A DNA stretch of 64,000 nt from an uncultured Jatrophihabitantaceae bacterium (GCA_964236495.1 CAXSBR010000002.1:54471-118470); one strand, 5' to 3'; shown: positions 50,040 to 60,772, counted from the stretch's first letter. Numbers and translations: made by a program. Notes: generated by a model not told the origin, from the sequence alone.

Positions 50040-52121
50040 TCAGCGTTGCGCGGACTGTTGTAGGCCGGCGATCCGATAGCCGGCGCTGGTGTCCACCAGC
50101 TGGATCGTCAGCGTGCTGGCCGGCACCGGTGCAGTGTGCTGCGACGCCGCTGCCGGGCAGCGCAGCACACCGGCGGCCAGTGACGCAGCCGCCGTCACCA
50201 CCGCGCCGTCGCGGTTCACCTGGGACCGCAGCACCCGGTACCGGGTTCGCAGTCCGGTCGCGGTGCAACCGGGCCGCAATGCCCGGCGCAGCACAGCAGC
50301 GTCCTGGCTGCGCAACGGACCGGCGATGTACACCTGCGCCAGCTCACTCGGGTTCGCGGTTGCGAAGGCATGCTCACGGTGGACGTCGAGATCCGCGAGC
50401 ACCACCTGCCAGTCGACCACGCCGGCGGCGGTACTCGGCGTAGCTGTCGACGTCGCAGTCGCCTCTGCTGGAACCTTGGCCTGCGCCGAGATTGTCGATG
50501 TCGCGCGAGGCTCCGGCGGGATAACCGGAGGCGACGTGGCCGCGGCCGCCGTCGTTGTGGTCGGCAACGTCGCAGACGGCAACGCCGCGGGCGCCGTCGT
50601 CGCAGTCGGCGACTTCGCCGACGACGACGGCCCATGCGCGGCGCCTCCTAAGACCGGCGGACGCCATCCGGTCACCAACACCGTGCCGGCACAGGCCGCT
50701 GCCACCGAGAGGCCCGCACCGCCAACCAGCCACCGCCGTAAGCCGGTCCGCTGGCGCGATGGTGCTGGTGGCGGCGCAGAACGCACTCGCGCTCGGACCT
50801 GGTGCGTCAGCGACATCGCCGCGGCTCGGTCGGCTCGGTCGGCTCGGTCGGCTTGGTCGGCTTGGTCGGCTCGGTCGGTTCGGTCGGCTCGGTCGTTGCG
50901 GCCCGTCCGCTCGATCGATGCCTGCCCGAACCGGTCCTGCGCGCGCCTGGCGTCGACATCAAAGACTTCGGGACGAGCGAAGTCGGGACGAGCGAAGTCA
51001 GGACGCTCCAACCGCAGATCGGTGGCTATCGCCGAACGCCTGCGCGCGGCGCGCGGCGGGCGAGCCGACCAATCCACGGCCGACGCCGATGCGGCACCGT
51101 GTCGCGGCTGGTACGCAACCTCGGCTGAATGTGGTGCGCCGTGGTTGCCATCAGCGTCAGCATCAGCATCGCCGGCATCGGTACCGACAGCGCGCAGCTG
51201 CCCGGCTGCAAGCTCCAGCGGAGCCGGCGTAGCCGCATGCCGCAGATCCAGCGCAAACTCCGCGGCTGTCCCGCGCGCATGGGGCAGCGCCGACAGCCCG
51301 CGCCGCACAACGGCGGCGACCTCCGCGGGCACGCCTGCCAGCGCGTCGTCGAGTCCTGCGATGTCGCCGAGCGCGGCCACGTCGACCAAACTCTGCGACG
51401 TCGACGCGATCCATGGCGGCCTGCCGGTGAGTGCATGCAGCGCAGTCGCGGCGAGCATGAAGACGTCACTGGGCGTACCCGCCGCGCCGCCGTTGGCTAC
51501 AGCGGGATCGAGATAGGCCAGCGTCGCGTGCGGATCATCGGTGTTGCCGCACATCGACGCCACGCCCAGATCGGCCAAGACCGGCTGGCCCTGCGCGGTG
51601 AACAACAGGTTGGCCGGGGAAATGTCGCCGTGGACCAGCCCCTCCTCGTGCAGGTAGGCGACCGCGGCAGCGACAGGTGCCACCGCCGTCACCAGCTCAC
51701 CGACGGTGATCCGGCTGCGCCGCTCCAACAGCTGGGCCAGGCTGCCACCGGCTGCGTAGTCGACCACCAGAATCGCCTGGTTGCCGTCGGACACCAGCTC
51801 GTGCAGGCGCAGCAGGTGCGGATGGTCCAGCGCCGACAGCAGCGCCGCCTCGGCCCGTGCGGAGCGATGTGCGGCCGCATCGGTCACTGCCAGCACCTTG
51901 AGGGCCACCGGCTCGCCGGTGCGCAGAACGCGCCCCTGCCAGACCTGCGAGGTGGCGCCGTAGCCGATCAGCTTGTCCGCGGCATACCCGGCGATCTTCC
52001 ACGCAGGCTTCGACGAGCTGGACCGTCCCATGCGCCGATCGTCGCAGAAACCGGCCCGGAACCTCGGCGGTTGTCCACAGGGCCGCTCAGCGCTCAGCTT
52101 TGCGCGTCGGACAGTCGTCAC
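50040..52121 (-). CDS. atypical transmembrane Ser/Thr protein kinase with a C-terminal extracytoplasmic domain
   Basis: Kinase motifs are IGYGATSQVWQG, VALKVL, HGDISPANLLF and ADLG. A single TM segment (LVGGAGLSVAAACAGTVLV) is followed by a roughly 130-aa C-terminal domain. The start is GTG at 52121 or ATG at 52031. Confidence 0.8.
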   Translation of the reverse strand: MTTVRRAKLSAERPCGQPPRFRAGFCDDRRMGRSSSSKPAWKIAGYAADKLIGYGATSQVWQGRVLRTGEPVALKVLAVTDAAAHRSARAEAALLSALDHPHLLRLHELVSDGNQAILVVDYAAGGSLAQLLERRSRITVGELVTAVAPVAAAVAYLHEEGLVHGDISPANLLFTAQGQPVLADLGVASMCGNTDDPHATLAYLDPAVANGGAAGTPSDVFMLAATALHALTGRPPWIASTSQSLVDVAALGDIAGLDDALAGVPAEVAAVVRRGLSALPHARGTAAEFALDLRHAATPAPLELAAGQLRAVGTDAGDADADADGNHGAPHSAEVAYQPRHGAASASAVDWSARPPRAARRRSAIATDLRLERPDFARPDFARPEVFDVDARRAQDRFGQASIERTGRNDRADRTDRADQADQADRADRADRAAAMSLTHQVRARVRSAPPPAPSRQRTGLRRWLVGGAGLSVAAACAGTVLVTGWRPPVLGGAAHGPSSSAKSPTATTAPAALPSATLPTTTTAAAATSPPVIPPEPRATSTISAQAKVPAEATATSTATPSTAAGVVDWQVVLADLDVHREHAFATANPSELAQVYIAGPLRSQDAAVLRRALRPGCTATGLRTRYRVLRSQVNRDGAVVTAAASLAAGVLRCPAAASQHTAPVPASTLTIQLVDTSAGYRIAGLQQSAQR
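50822..50893. repeat. 9-bp in-frame tandem repeat, 8 copies (CGGCTCGGT), inside the kinase gene
   Basis: Read directly. On the coding (minus) strand it encodes DRADRTDRADQADQADRADRADRA. A second 15-bp x3 repeat at 50967-51011 encodes RPDFARPDFARPEVF. Confidence 0.85.
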
Positions 52122-52225
52122 AGCGCCGACACAACGACGCTGCGAAGCGCGAAGAGCACGTCGACAAGCACTCCGGACTGGCTGCGATGCCCAGCAATCT
52201 ATGGTGGCCGATCTAGGGTGGCGAA

Positions 52226-52972
52226 GTGCCTGCCGACCAGCCCACCATCCTGGCCACCTCCGGAGGCCTCGTGCCCGGCCGGCGTACCCGCTACGAACTC
52301 GGGCCGCTCACCGAGTACGCGATCGAACTGTCCGGCGCGACCGGGCGAGCGCCGAAGGTCTGCTACCTGGGCACCGCCGCCGGTGACAATCCGAGCGGCA
52401 TCGCGGAGTTCTACAACGCCGCTGGCCTGCGCGGTCTGCAGGCCTCGCACCTGCAGCTGTTCCTGATGCCCAACGTGGACGACATCCGCGAGCATCTCCT
52501 CGGCCAGGACGTTATCTGGGTGTTCGGCGGCAGCGTCGCGGGCTTGCTGGCGATGTGGCGACTGCACGGCGTCGACGAGGCGATGCGTGACGCGTGGCAG
52601 GCCGGCGTCGTCCTGACCGGGGTCAGTGCCGGCTCGATCTGCTGGCACGACGGCGGCACCACCGACTCCTTCGGCCCGGACCTCAAGCCCATCACCAACG
52701 GCCTCGGTCTGGTGCCCTTCTCCAACGGCGTGCACTACGACTCCGAGGAGCAACGTCGTCCGCTGTTCCAGTCGCTCATCGCCGAGGGCACGCTGGGCGC
52801 CGGCTACGCCACCGACGACGCAACTGGCGTGCTATATCACAACGCCGAATTCGCGGGCGCATTTACCGAACGCGACGGTAAGTCCGCCTATTACGTCGAG
52901 CGTGGACCCGACGGCAGCGCGGTGGAGACGCCGTTGGACACCGTCCGATTGACCACTGGCACGCGAGGCTGA
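52226..52972 (+). CDS. peptidase S51 (dipeptidase E / cyanophycinase-like) family protein
   Basis: 248 aa. GVSAGSICW is the nucleophile Ser context, with a GGS motif and the conserved H in NGVHYD. Confidence 0.8.
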   Translation: MPADQPTILATSGGLVPGRRTRYELGPLTEYAIELSGATGRAPKVCYLGTAAGDNPSGIAEFYNAAGLRGLQASHLQLFLMPNVDDIREHLLGQDVIWVFGGSVAGLLAMWRLHGVDEAMRDAWQAGVVLTGVSAGSICWHDGGTTDSFGPDLKPITNGLGLVPFSNGVHYDSEEQRRPLFQSLIAEGTLGAGYATDDATGVLYHNAEFAGAFTERDGKSAYYVERGPDGSAVETPLDTVRLTTGTRG

Positions 52973-53055
52973 CCGGCCGGCCGGTAACACACGGCCGACG
53001 CACAGCTCGCCCGCGTAGGGTCGTCGATGTGGTTGCGCCTACTGCCCCCGCGCCG

Positions 53056-53721
53056 ATGACGTCCGCCCCACAGACGTATGTGCAGATCGTGCGCGGCAAA
53101 ACCGTCGACTACGCCACGGCGTGGCAGCAGCAGCGAGACTTCCATGCAGCGCGCGTCGACGGCACCGGGCCGGACACGGTGCTCCTGCTCGAGCATCCGC
53201 CGGTGTACACCGCGGGCAAGCGCACCTATCCCGGTGAGCGTCCCGTCGACGGCACCCCGGTGATCGACGTCGACCGTGGTGGAAAGATCACTTGGCATGG
53301 GCCGGGCCAGCTCGTCGGCTACCCCATCCTCGCTCTTCCCGACCCGATCGACGTCGTCGCCTACGTCCGCCGGCTGGAGGCGATGCTGATGAGCGCCTGC
53401 GTGGAGCTCGGCCTGCGCACAGCGATCCGGGTACCGACGCGCAGCGGCGTGTGGGTGCCCGCCGACGAGCGCGGCCCCGAACGCAAGGTGGCCGCCATCG
53501 GAGTTCGGGTGTCGCGCGGAGTGACACTGCACGGCTTCGCGCTGAATTGCAATCCGGACCTGACGTGGTTCGATCGGATCGTGCCCTGTGGAATCGCCGA
53601 TGCCGGCGTCACCTCGCTCAGCGCCGAACTCGGCCGCGACATCGGCGTGAACGAGGCCCTGCCCATCGTCGAAAAGCACTTGCCGACTCTGTGGTCGTCG
53701 GCTGTCCGGGTTGCGGCCTGA
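53056..53721 (+). CDS. lipB: lipoyl(octanoyl) transferase
   Basis: The protein has [33 protein letters not shown] and a PCG motif. I use the ATG at 53056, though a GTG at 53029 is possible. Confidence 0.9.
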   Translation: MTSAPQTYVQIVRGKTVDYATAWQQQRDFHAARVDGTGPDTVLLLEHPPVYTAGKRTYPGERPVDGTPVIDVDRGGKITWHGPGQLVGYPILALPDPIDVVAYVRRLEAMLMSACVELGLRTAIRVPTRSGVWVPADERGPERKVAAIGVRVSRGVTLHGFALNCNPDLTWFDRIVPCGIADAGVTSLSAELGRDIGVNEALPIVEKHLPTLWSSAVRVAA

Positions 53722-53728
53722 GCCGGCG

Positions 53729-54424
53729 ATGAGTCGTCACGCCGACACCGGTAGCGCCAAGACCGTTCGAGTCTCCGACCTGCGCCACAGCGGGTTGCCC
53801 GACGCCAGCGACAGCGACTTCTTCCGCGGGACCTCCACACCGATCCCGGCCACCGCGGGAAGTGACACCACCCAGCTCCTCCCCGCTGCTTCGGCGGTGC
53901 CCGGTGGCCCGGAGACCGAAATGATCCCCCGCGCCTACGCAGCGCCGCCGGGGCCATCACGTGTTTCCGCTGCCGATGACACGATGCTCATCCCGGCGGT
54001 ACCCGACCTCTTGCCCCGTGAAATGCCTGGCAGTGCCGAGAGCGCGCCGGTAGGCGCGACGGCGAACGCTGCGCCGATGCCCGCGTCGGCAGAACACCGC
54101 TCGTCCACAGTGGGCATGTGGGCCGGCGTGGTCGTGTTCTGGCTGCTGGCGATGCCGATCGGAGTGATGAGCGCCGTCATCGTCGCCGGACGCCGGGCGA
54201 CGTTGTGCAGTAAATCCTCGACAGGCTTCGGCTGCACCTCCACCGGGTCGAGCGTGGGCGTGGTGCTACTGGTGATCGTGGTGGCCCTCGTGGGCACGGT
54301 GAGCGTGTACGCCTACGACGTCCGCCACCATGCCCGCCGCTGGCTCGGCGGCCTGGGCATCGGCGTGGCTGTGTTGGCTGTTCTCGGCCTGATCGCCTGG
54401 CTTCTCGTGCGCACCATCCAGTGA
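53729..54424 (+). CDS. hypothetical membrane protein between lipB and lipA
   Basis: ATG at 53729. The N-terminal half is disordered and three TM helices follow ([47 protein letters not shown]). Confidence 0.55.
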   Translation: MSRHADTGSAKTVRVSDLRHSGLPDASDSDFFRGTSTPIPATAGSDTTQLLPAASAVPGGPETEMIPRAYAAPPGPSRVSAADDTMLIPAVPDLLPREMPGSAESAPVGATANAAPMPASAEHRSSTVGMWAGVVVFWLLAMPIGVMSAVIVAGRRATLCSKSSTGFGCTSTGSSVGVVLLVIVVALVGTVSVYAYDVRHHARRWLGGLGIGVAVLAVLGLIAWLLVRTIQ

Positions 54425-54470
54425 CCTGCAACGCGCCAGTAAATACAACCCGCTGAGTACGCTCGGAACG

Positions 54471-55442
54471 GTGACCGGCCCCGTTACTGAGTTGACGAAT
54501 CCGACGTCTGGCGACGTCTCGCCCACCGCTTCGGCACCGCGCCGTCTGCTGCGCATCGAAGCCCGTAACGCGCAAACGCCGATCGAGCGCAAGCCGTCGT
54601 GGATCAAGACTCGCGCCGCCATGGGGCCCAACTACACCGATCTGCGCGGGCTCGTTGCGCGTGAGGGTCTGCACACGGTCTGCCAGGAGGCCGGCTGTCC
54701 CAACATCTACGAATGCTGGGAGGACCGGGAGGCGACGTTCCTCATCGGTGGTTCGCAATGCAGCCGTCGTTGTGATTTCTGCCAGATCGACACCGGCAAG
54801 CCCGATCCGTTGGATGTCGACGAACCACGCCGGGTAGCCACCAGCATCCAAGCGATGGGCCTGCATTACGCCACCGTCACCGGCGTGGCCCGCGACGACC
54901 TGGCCGACGGCGGCGCGTGGCTCTACGCCGAGACGGTGCGCCAGATCCACGCCGTCAACCCGGGCACCGGCGTCGAACTGCTGATTCCGGATTTCGACGC
55001 CGACCCGGCACAGCTGGCCGAGGTGTTCGGTTCGCGGCCCGAGGTGTTGGCCCACAACGTGGAGACGGTGCCGCGGATCTTCAAGCGCATCCGGCCGGGC
55101 TTTCGCTACGAGCGCTCGCTGTCGGTGATCACCGCGGCCAGGGCTGTCGGACTCGTCACCAAGTCGAATCTGATCCTGGGCATGGGCGAGGAACGCGCCG
55201 AGGTCAGCCAGGCGCTGCAGGACCTCTACGACGCGGGCTGCGAACTGATCACGATCACGCAGTACCTCCGTCCGTCGCCGCGCCACCTTCCGGTCAGCCG
55301 CTGGGTGAAGCCCGAGGAGTTCGTCGAGCTCAGCGAGGAGGCCGAGGACATCGGCTTCGCCGGCGTGCTCAGCGGACCGCTGGTGCGCTCGTCGTACCGG
55401 GCCGGCCGGCTCTACCGGCAGGCGATGGACGCCCGCGTCTGA
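54471..55442 (+). CDS. lipA: lipoyl synthase (radical SAM)
   Basis: The protein reads [21 protein letters not shown], with the CPNIYECW cluster and the radical-SAM motif CSRRCDFC. Confidence 0.9.
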   Translation: MTGPVTELTNPTSGDVSPTASAPRRLLRIEARNAQTPIERKPSWIKTRAAMGPNYTDLRGLVAREGLHTVCQEAGCPNIYECWEDREATFLIGGSQCSRRCDFCQIDTGKPDPLDVDEPRRVATSIQAMGLHYATVTGVARDDLADGGAWLYAETVRQIHAVNPGTGVELLIPDFDADPAQLAEVFGSRPEVLAHNVETVPRIFKRIRPGFRYERSLSVITAARAVGLVTKSNLILGMGEERAEVSQALQDLYDAGCELITITQYLRPSPRHLPVSRWVKPEEFVELSEEAEDIGFAGVLSGPLVRSSYRAGRLYRQAMDARV

Positions 55443-55516
55443 ACGCACCGATGCAGGCGGGTCGCTGCCGACTTGGGTAGCCGCGGCAGGCATGCTGAGC
55501 CCTTATCCTGATACCC

Positions 55517-56299
55517 ATGAAGACGTCGGCACTCAAGCCGGGGCGCACTGCCCGCGTGAAACCGCCCAAGCTGTCCCGGGAGGACAAGGCCGCAGCGCGC
55601 ACCGCGCGCCGGGCGCAGCGGCGCGAGACGTTCAGCTCGATGGGTCAGGCGTTCACCCTTACCCGCAAGAACGACAACAAGCTGATCCCCTACCTGGTGC
55701 TGGCCTTCGTGGTGGCCGCTGCGGTGGTGTACCTGCTGGCCGTACTCATCACCAACCATCTGTTCTTCTTCATTCCGCTGGCCGTGGTCGCCGGCCTGCT
55801 TGCGGCACTGTTCGTCTTCAGCCGTCGGGCCCAGACCGCCGCCTACTCCCAAGCCGACGGCCAACCCGGCGCGGCCCTGTACGTCCTACGCAACCTGCGC
55901 GGCGCGGACTGGAAGACAACCGAGGCCGTCGCAGCGACCCCTCAGCTCGACGCCGTACACCGTCTCACCGGTCGGCCCGGATTGATACTGGTCGGCGAAG
56001 GTTCACCCCAGCGGGTCATTGGGCTGATCGCGCAGGAGAAGCGACGCCTCTCGCGCCTGATCGGCGACACGCCGATCTACGACGTCGTGGTCGGTAGCGA
56101 GGAGGGCCAGGTTCCGCTGGGCAAGCTCAACGGGCATCTGATCCGGCTGCCCAGCAATCTGAGCAAGGAGCAGGTCGCGGTGCTCAACCGACGTCTGGCT
56201 GCTCTGCCGGCGACGCGCATTCCGGTGCCGCAGGGACCGATGCCGGCGGGGGCAAAGATGAACGCCAGCCAGCGGGCGATTCGTCGCCGCGCCGGCTGA
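55517..56299 (+). CDS. DUF4191 domain-containing membrane protein (Rv2219 family)
   Basis: 260 aa. A basic N-terminus is followed by QAFTLTRKNDNKLIPYL and two TM helices. Synteny supports the call. Confidence 0.8.
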   Translation: MKTSALKPGRTARVKPPKLSREDKAAARTARRAQRRETFSSMGQAFTLTRKNDNKLIPYLVLAFVVAAAVVYLLAVLITNHLFFFIPLAVVAGLLAALFVFSRRAQTAAYSQADGQPGAALYVLRNLRGADWKTTEAVAATPQLDAVHRLTGRPGLILVGEGSPQRVIGLIAQEKRRLSRLIGDTPIYDVVVGSEEGQVPLGKLNGHLIRLPSNLSKEQVAVLNRRLAALPATRIPVPQGPMPAGAKMNASQRAIRRRAG

Positions 56300-56331
56300 A
56301 CGCTCACAGCCACGACGCCGCGGGGGTCCAT

Positions 56332-56796
56332 ATGATGAGCGATCCGCTGCGCTCTGCCTCCGGCCCCAGCTCTGGTTCGGACACCGTCGCGCAACTGCCG
56401 GGCTCTGGCCCGGGTTCGGTGGCCGGCATCGGGCGGCGAGCGATGGCATTTGCTGTCGACGCACTGGCCAGCAGCCTGATCGCCGCTGTGTTGGTGACAC
56501 TGTTCGAGGCCGGACGGCACCATTCGGGCCCCGGCGGTTCTCTGCCCGGCACGTGGAGCGTCGTGCCGCTGGCGCTGGATTATGTGCTCGGGCTCACCCT
56601 GCTCGGCCAGACCGTGGGCATGCGGCTGCTATCCCTGCATTTGATCCGCACCGACCGACGGGCCCCCATCGGCCTGTACCGCGCAGTCCTTCGCACCGTT
56701 CTGTTGCTACTGCTCATCCCGGCAGTCGTGCTGGACCGGTTCCACCGTGGCCTGCACGACCGCGTCACCGACACCGTCGTCGTCAACTCCCGATGA
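56332..56796 (+). CDS. RDD family membrane protein (Rv2219A family)
   Basis: 154 aa. The protein has GRRAMAFAVDAL and HDRVTDTVVV motifs typical of the RDD domain. Confidence 0.8.
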   Translation: MMSDPLRSASGPSSGSDTVAQLPGSGPGSVAGIGRRAMAFAVDALASSLIAAVLVTLFEAGRHHSGPGGSLPGTWSVVPLALDYVLGLTLLGQTVGMRLLSLHLIRTDRRAPIGLYRAVLRTVLLLLLIPAVVLDRFHRGLHDRVTDTVVVNSR

Positions 56797-56868
56797 ACTC
56801 CGGTGGATCCCTGGTGAATCTTGGACGATCCATCGGAACCCAGGCTGACCTGCCCCTCGCCGGCCCGG

Positions 56869-56884
56869 GTAATGTCCGCGAAAC
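56869..56884 (+). promoter_or_regulatory. candidate GlnR box half-site pair (GTAAT-N6-GAAAC) upstream of glnA
   Basis: The sequence matches the recalled actinobacterial GlnR consensus gTnAc-n6-GaAAc and lies 73 nt upstream of the ATG. It is a single site and a weak call. Confidence 0.3.
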
Positions 56885-56956
56885 GGCCGAGACACCCGGC
56901 GGCAACGGCGTCGCCTTACCGTGTGTCGGTCCCAGTGCCGGCGTCGTGGAGGACCC

Positions 56957-58381
56957 ATGTTCAGCAGCTCCGAGGAAGTACTGAGCTACATCAAGAACGA
57001 GGGCGTCGAATTCATCGACATCCGATTCACCGATCTGCCCGGTGTGCAACAGCACTTCAACGTTCCCGCCTCGAACTTCAACGAGGACTCCTTCACCGAA
57101 GGCCAGATGTTCGACGGCTCGTCCATCCGCGGTTTCGCCTCCATCGACAAGTCCGACCTCAAGCTGATCCCGGACCCGGCCACGGCCTACATCGACCCGT
57201 TCCGCAAGGCCAAGACGCTGAACATCAACCACTCCATCGTCGAGCCGCGCACCGGTGAGCCCTACGACCGCGATCCCCGCTCGGTGGCCCAGAAGGCCGA
57301 GGCCTACCTGACCTCGACGGGCATAGCGGACACCGTCTACTTCGGCCCGGAAGCCGAGTTCTACATCTTCGACGAGGTGCGCTACGAGTCCAAGATGAAC
57401 GGCGGCATGTACTTCGTCGACTCCGAGGAAGGTGCCTGGAACACCGGGCGCGCCGAGGAGGGCGGCAACCTGGGCTACAAGACGTCGATCAAGGGTGGGT
57501 ACTTTCCGGTCTCGCCCTACGACCACTTCTCCGACATCCGCGACGAGATCAGCACCGAGTTGATGGCGGCCGGATTGCAGCTGGAGCGGGCCCACCACGA
57601 GGTCGGCACCGGCGGTCAGCAGGAGATCAACTACAAGTTCAACACGTTGACCCACGCTGCCGACGAAATCCTGCTGTTCAAGTACATCGTCAAGAACGTC
57701 GCCTGGCGCAACGGCAAGACCGCGACCTTCATGCCCAAGCCCCTGTTCGGCGACAACGGCTCGGGTATGCACTGCCACCAGTCGCTGTGGAAGGACGGCG
57801 AGCCGCTGTTCTACGACGAGTCGGGCTACGCAGGCTTGTCCGACATCGCCCGCTGGTATGTCGGCGGCTTGCTGAAGCATGCCCCCTCGGCGCTGGCGTT
57901 CACCAACCCGACCGTCAACTCCTACCACCGCCTCGTTCCCGGCTACGAGGCGCCGGTCAACCTGGTCTACTCCGCCGGCAACCGTTCTGCCTGCATCCGG
58001 GTGCCCATCACCGGCACCAGCCCGAAGGCCAAGCGCATCGAGTACCGCGTCCCGGACCCGTCCTGCAACCCCTACATGGCCTTCGCCGCGATGTTGATGG
58101 CCGGTCTCGACGGCATCATGAACAAGATCGAGCCGCCGGAGCCGGTGGACAAGGACCTGTACGAGTTGCCGCCGGACGAGGCCGCACTCATCCCGCAGGT
58201 GCCTGGCTCGCTGAGCGAGGTGCTCGACAGCCTGGAGGCCGACCACGACTACCTGCTGCAGGGTGGCGTGTTCACCGAGGACGTCATCGCCAACTGGATC
58301 AACTACAAGCGCGTCAACGAGGTCGACCCGATCCGGCTGCGCCCACACCCGTACGAGTTCGATCTGTACTACAACATCTGA
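56957..58381 (+). CDS. glnA: type I glutamine synthetase
   Basis: ATG at 56957 with GGAGGA upstream, 474 aa. The protein has [27 protein letters not shown] and NRSACIRVP motifs. Confidence 0.9.
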   Translation: MFSSSEEVLSYIKNEGVEFIDIRFTDLPGVQQHFNVPASNFNEDSFTEGQMFDGSSIRGFASIDKSDLKLIPDPATAYIDPFRKAKTLNINHSIVEPRTGEPYDRDPRSVAQKAEAYLTSTGIADTVYFGPEAEFYIFDEVRYESKMNGGMYFVDSEEGAWNTGRAEEGGNLGYKTSIKGGYFPVSPYDHFSDIRDEISTELMAAGLQLERAHHEVGTGGQQEINYKFNTLTHAADEILLFKYIVKNVAWRNGKTATFMPKPLFGDNGSGMHCHQSLWKDGEPLFYDESGYAGLSDIARWYVGGLLKHAPSALAFTNPTVNSYHRLVPGYEAPVNLVYSAGNRSACIRVPITGTSPKAKRIEYRVPDPSCNPYMAFAAMLMAGLDGIMNKIEPPEPVDKDLYELPPDEAALIPQVPGSLSEVLDSLEADHDYLLQGGVFTEDVIANWINYKRVNEVDPIRLRPHPYEFDLYYNI

Positions 58382-58410
58382 GCTTCACAGCGCTGTTCCT
58401 CAAGCTTCGA

Positions 58411-58438
58411 CGAAGGCCCCTGGCAACCGGGGCCTTCG
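58411..58438 (+). terminator. stem-loop downstream of glnA (10-bp GC-rich stem, 8-nt loop)
   Basis: CGAAGGCCCC-tggcaacc-GGGGCCTTCG lies 30 nt after the glnA stop. There is no strong U-tract, as is common in high-GC actinobacteria. Confidence 0.55.
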
Positions 58439-58560
58439 GTCGTTGCGGCGATCTCGCGTCTGCGCTGTTCGGCGCGGGCAGACGTGGTGGCTCTTCACGA
58501 GGGCCGTCGCTTGGGCGCCGGGACATGCGCCTGGTCATCGCCACCGGCGAGCCTGTTGGA

Positions 58561-59256
58561 CTACTGCCGATCGGTACTCCGAACTGGTGCGGCAGCGGGG
58601 CCGCCTAGCGCGTAGGCGTCGTCGATGTGCAAGCCGGCTCCGGTCCACGTGCAGGCGCGCAGGTCGAGCACGACGCTGTCTGCCTCGGACCCGACGGCGT
58701 CGGCGCCGATGCCCAGAACGTGACCCGCGCCCGCCGCACGGCCGGCGCGGATGCCGGGAACGCTGTCCTCGATCACGACACAGTCAGCGATCGGTACGCC
58801 CAACCGCTGCGCTGCTAGCAGGTACCCCTGCGGCGACGGCTTGCCAGCACTCACGTCCTCTGAGGTAACGACGGCCGCCGGCAGAGCCAGTCCGGCCGCG
58901 CTCATCCGCGCCCGCAGCAACGGCAGCGCGGCGGACGTGACCACGGCCCAGCTGTCGTCGGGCAGCGTGGGCAACAACGCGAGCGCGCCGGCCATCGCCG
59001 GTGTGCCGGGCGCGTCGTCGAGCTCGAGATCGTCGATGGCAGTCACACCGGCCGGCCGCCGCGCCTCGGGCAGAAACAGCGCGACGGTCTCGGTCGAGCG
59101 GCGACCGTGCACGCCTTCGAGCACCGCCGCCGGGTCGAGTCCGTGCTCGTCAGCCCACCGACTCCACGCCCGGTTGCCGAACATCTTCGAGTCCACGAGC
59201 ACGCCGTCGCAGTCGAAAAGAATTGCCCTGCACCCGATGTCCCAGCCGCCCGTCAC
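58561..59256 (-). CDS. HAD-superfamily hydrolase
   Basis: 231 aa with AILFDCDGVLVDS (DxDG motif I), a TSA motif II and a late EDS/GxxAG motif. Confidence 0.8.
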   Translation of the reverse strand: MTGGWDIGCRAILFDCDGVLVDSKMFGNRAWSRWADEHGLDPAAVLEGVHGRRSTETVALFLPEARRPAGVTAIDDLELDDAPGTPAMAGALALLPTLPDDSWAVVTSAALPLLRARMSAAGLALPAAVVTSEDVSAGKPSPQGYLLAAQRLGVPIADCVVIEDSVPGIRAGRAAGAGHVLGIGADAVGSEADSVVLDLRACTWTGAGLHIDDAYALGGPAAAPVRSTDRQ

Positions 59257-59345
59257 GGCACCCAGTCTAGGAATCGTCGTGAACAGCGCCCTCCGCCGCC
59301 TTCAGCGGTGATCCGAAGACGGTGCTGCCGATTTCACGGTGCGTC

Positions 59346-59750
59346 TCAACGTTGGGCGCGGAACAGGTAGATGCCGAGCACGAATCCTTGCACCGCCGTC
59401 GACTCACCCGACATCATCACGCGCGCGGTCGACGTGGTGCCCGTCTCGATGAAGACGTACCCGACGTTCTCGAGGCGCCAACCGAAGGACTCGATCTGCC
59501 CGAGCAGGTCTGGGCGCCCGGTGTGTTCGACCGTTCCGGTGGCCTGGCCCCAGGACGCGTTCCCGTCCAGACGACTGACGTTGATCTGGGTCTGGAAGAA
59601 CGCGGCGCCGGCAGCGGCGGCGGCTTCGGCCTGACCGACCGGTGAGGCGGCGTAGTCCTGCGCTGCCTTGGCCCGCGCAGCGTCGCTGCGGCGCCGTTCC
59701 TCTTCGTCGCGTTCGGCGGCCTTCTCTTCGTCGGTTTTACCCCACGCCAT
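59346..59750 (-). CDS. conserved hypothetical protein
   Basis: ATG at 59750 with GAGAGGA upstream, 134 aa. A charged N-terminus is followed by a C-terminal LLGQIESFGWRLENVGYVF...GIYLFR domain. Confidence 0.55.
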   Translation of the reverse strand: MAWGKTDEEKAAERDEEERRRSDAARAKAAQDYAASPVGQAEAAAAAGAAFFQTQINVSRLDGNASWGQATGTVEHTGRPDLLGQIESFGWRLENVGYVFIETGTTSTARVMMSGESTAVQGFVLGIYLFRAQR

Positions 59751-59906
59751 GACTGATCCTCTCGACTCGGTTCGGGCGGCTACTTGGTGCTGCTTCAGTT
59801 CGAGGCGGTAGAACGGGTACCCGTGACTCGCGACGCGTCGCACACTATGCCGCCAGCTCGCTCGGCGGCTCATGCGGGCTGAATGCGGCGTTGTCACACT
59901 GGAGAT

Positions 59907-60642
59907 ATGGGTGAGCGTTTGCTCGGGGGACGGGTGACCGGGCCGGTACGGGTGGGCAACGTGGTGCATCGCCGGCCCGTTCGACCGAACCCGAATACAG
60001 AGGCTGCGTTGCGCTGGTTCGAAGGCGCCGGGTGGTCGCCGAGCACCTCGCCTGATAGCCAACGGATCCGACGGAGAGCAGACGGTGACGTTCCTGCCCG
60101 GGCGGGTGCCCTGGCAACAGCCGGTCCCGGCTTGGGCCGCCAGTGATGATGCGCTGGCCGGCGTCGCCCGTCTGGTGCGGAAGTTTCACGACCTGACCGC
60201 CGGCACGGCGCTAGCGGGCAACGCCGAGGTCCTGTGCCATCACGACCTTGCCCCCGACAACACCGTCTACCGCAAAGCAGGTAACGGTGGGCAGCCGTAC
60301 GCGTTCATCGACTGGGACGGTGCCGGCCCCGGCCGGCGCATCGAGGATGTGGCCCATGTGTGCTGGATGTGGCTCGACCTCGGCCCGACTATCACCGACG
60401 TCCCCGCCGCCGCGCGGCGTATTCGCCTTGTTTTGACGGCCTACGGTGCGGCGTTCGGCATCGCCGACGTCGTACCAGTCGTCGCCTGGTGGCAACACCG
60501 CTGCTGGCGCGGCATAGAACAGCAGGCCCGCGACGGAGTCGCAGCGATGCGTGAGCTCGTCACCGACGGAACCGCTGCCGCCGTCCGCCGCGCGGCCACC
60601 TGGACCGACGACCACACCGAAGCGTTGACCCGTCAGCCTTGA
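59907..60642 (+). pseudogene. aminoglycoside/choline-kinase-like phosphotransferase (APH family), interrupted by a single frameshift near 60036-60043
   Basis: The N-terminus is in frame 0 (GERLLGGRVTGPVRVGNVVHRRP...AALRWFEGAGW). The continuation is in frame +1 (APRLIANGSDGEQTVTFLPGRV...CHHDLAPDNTVY...IDWDGAG). Frame +1 is open from 59938 onward. Confidence 0.5.
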
Positions 60643-60772
60643 CACCGAGCTCAGTGACGACGCTGACCTAGCGCTTGCGTAGTCACTGAACTCTCCGCCA
60701 CGCGAACCACCGTCGAGCGGACTGGCCGGTATCCCATCGGAAGGAGGGGGCCAGCCGATCTACGGTGACAGG

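Noticed and set aside
56783-58348. 521-aa ORF on the minus strand covering almost all of glnA
   Set aside because: It is antisense to an unmistakable glutamine synthetase gene. The composition (Val/Gly/Asp/Arg-rich, no motifs) is the usual stop-free antisense frame of high-GC DNA.
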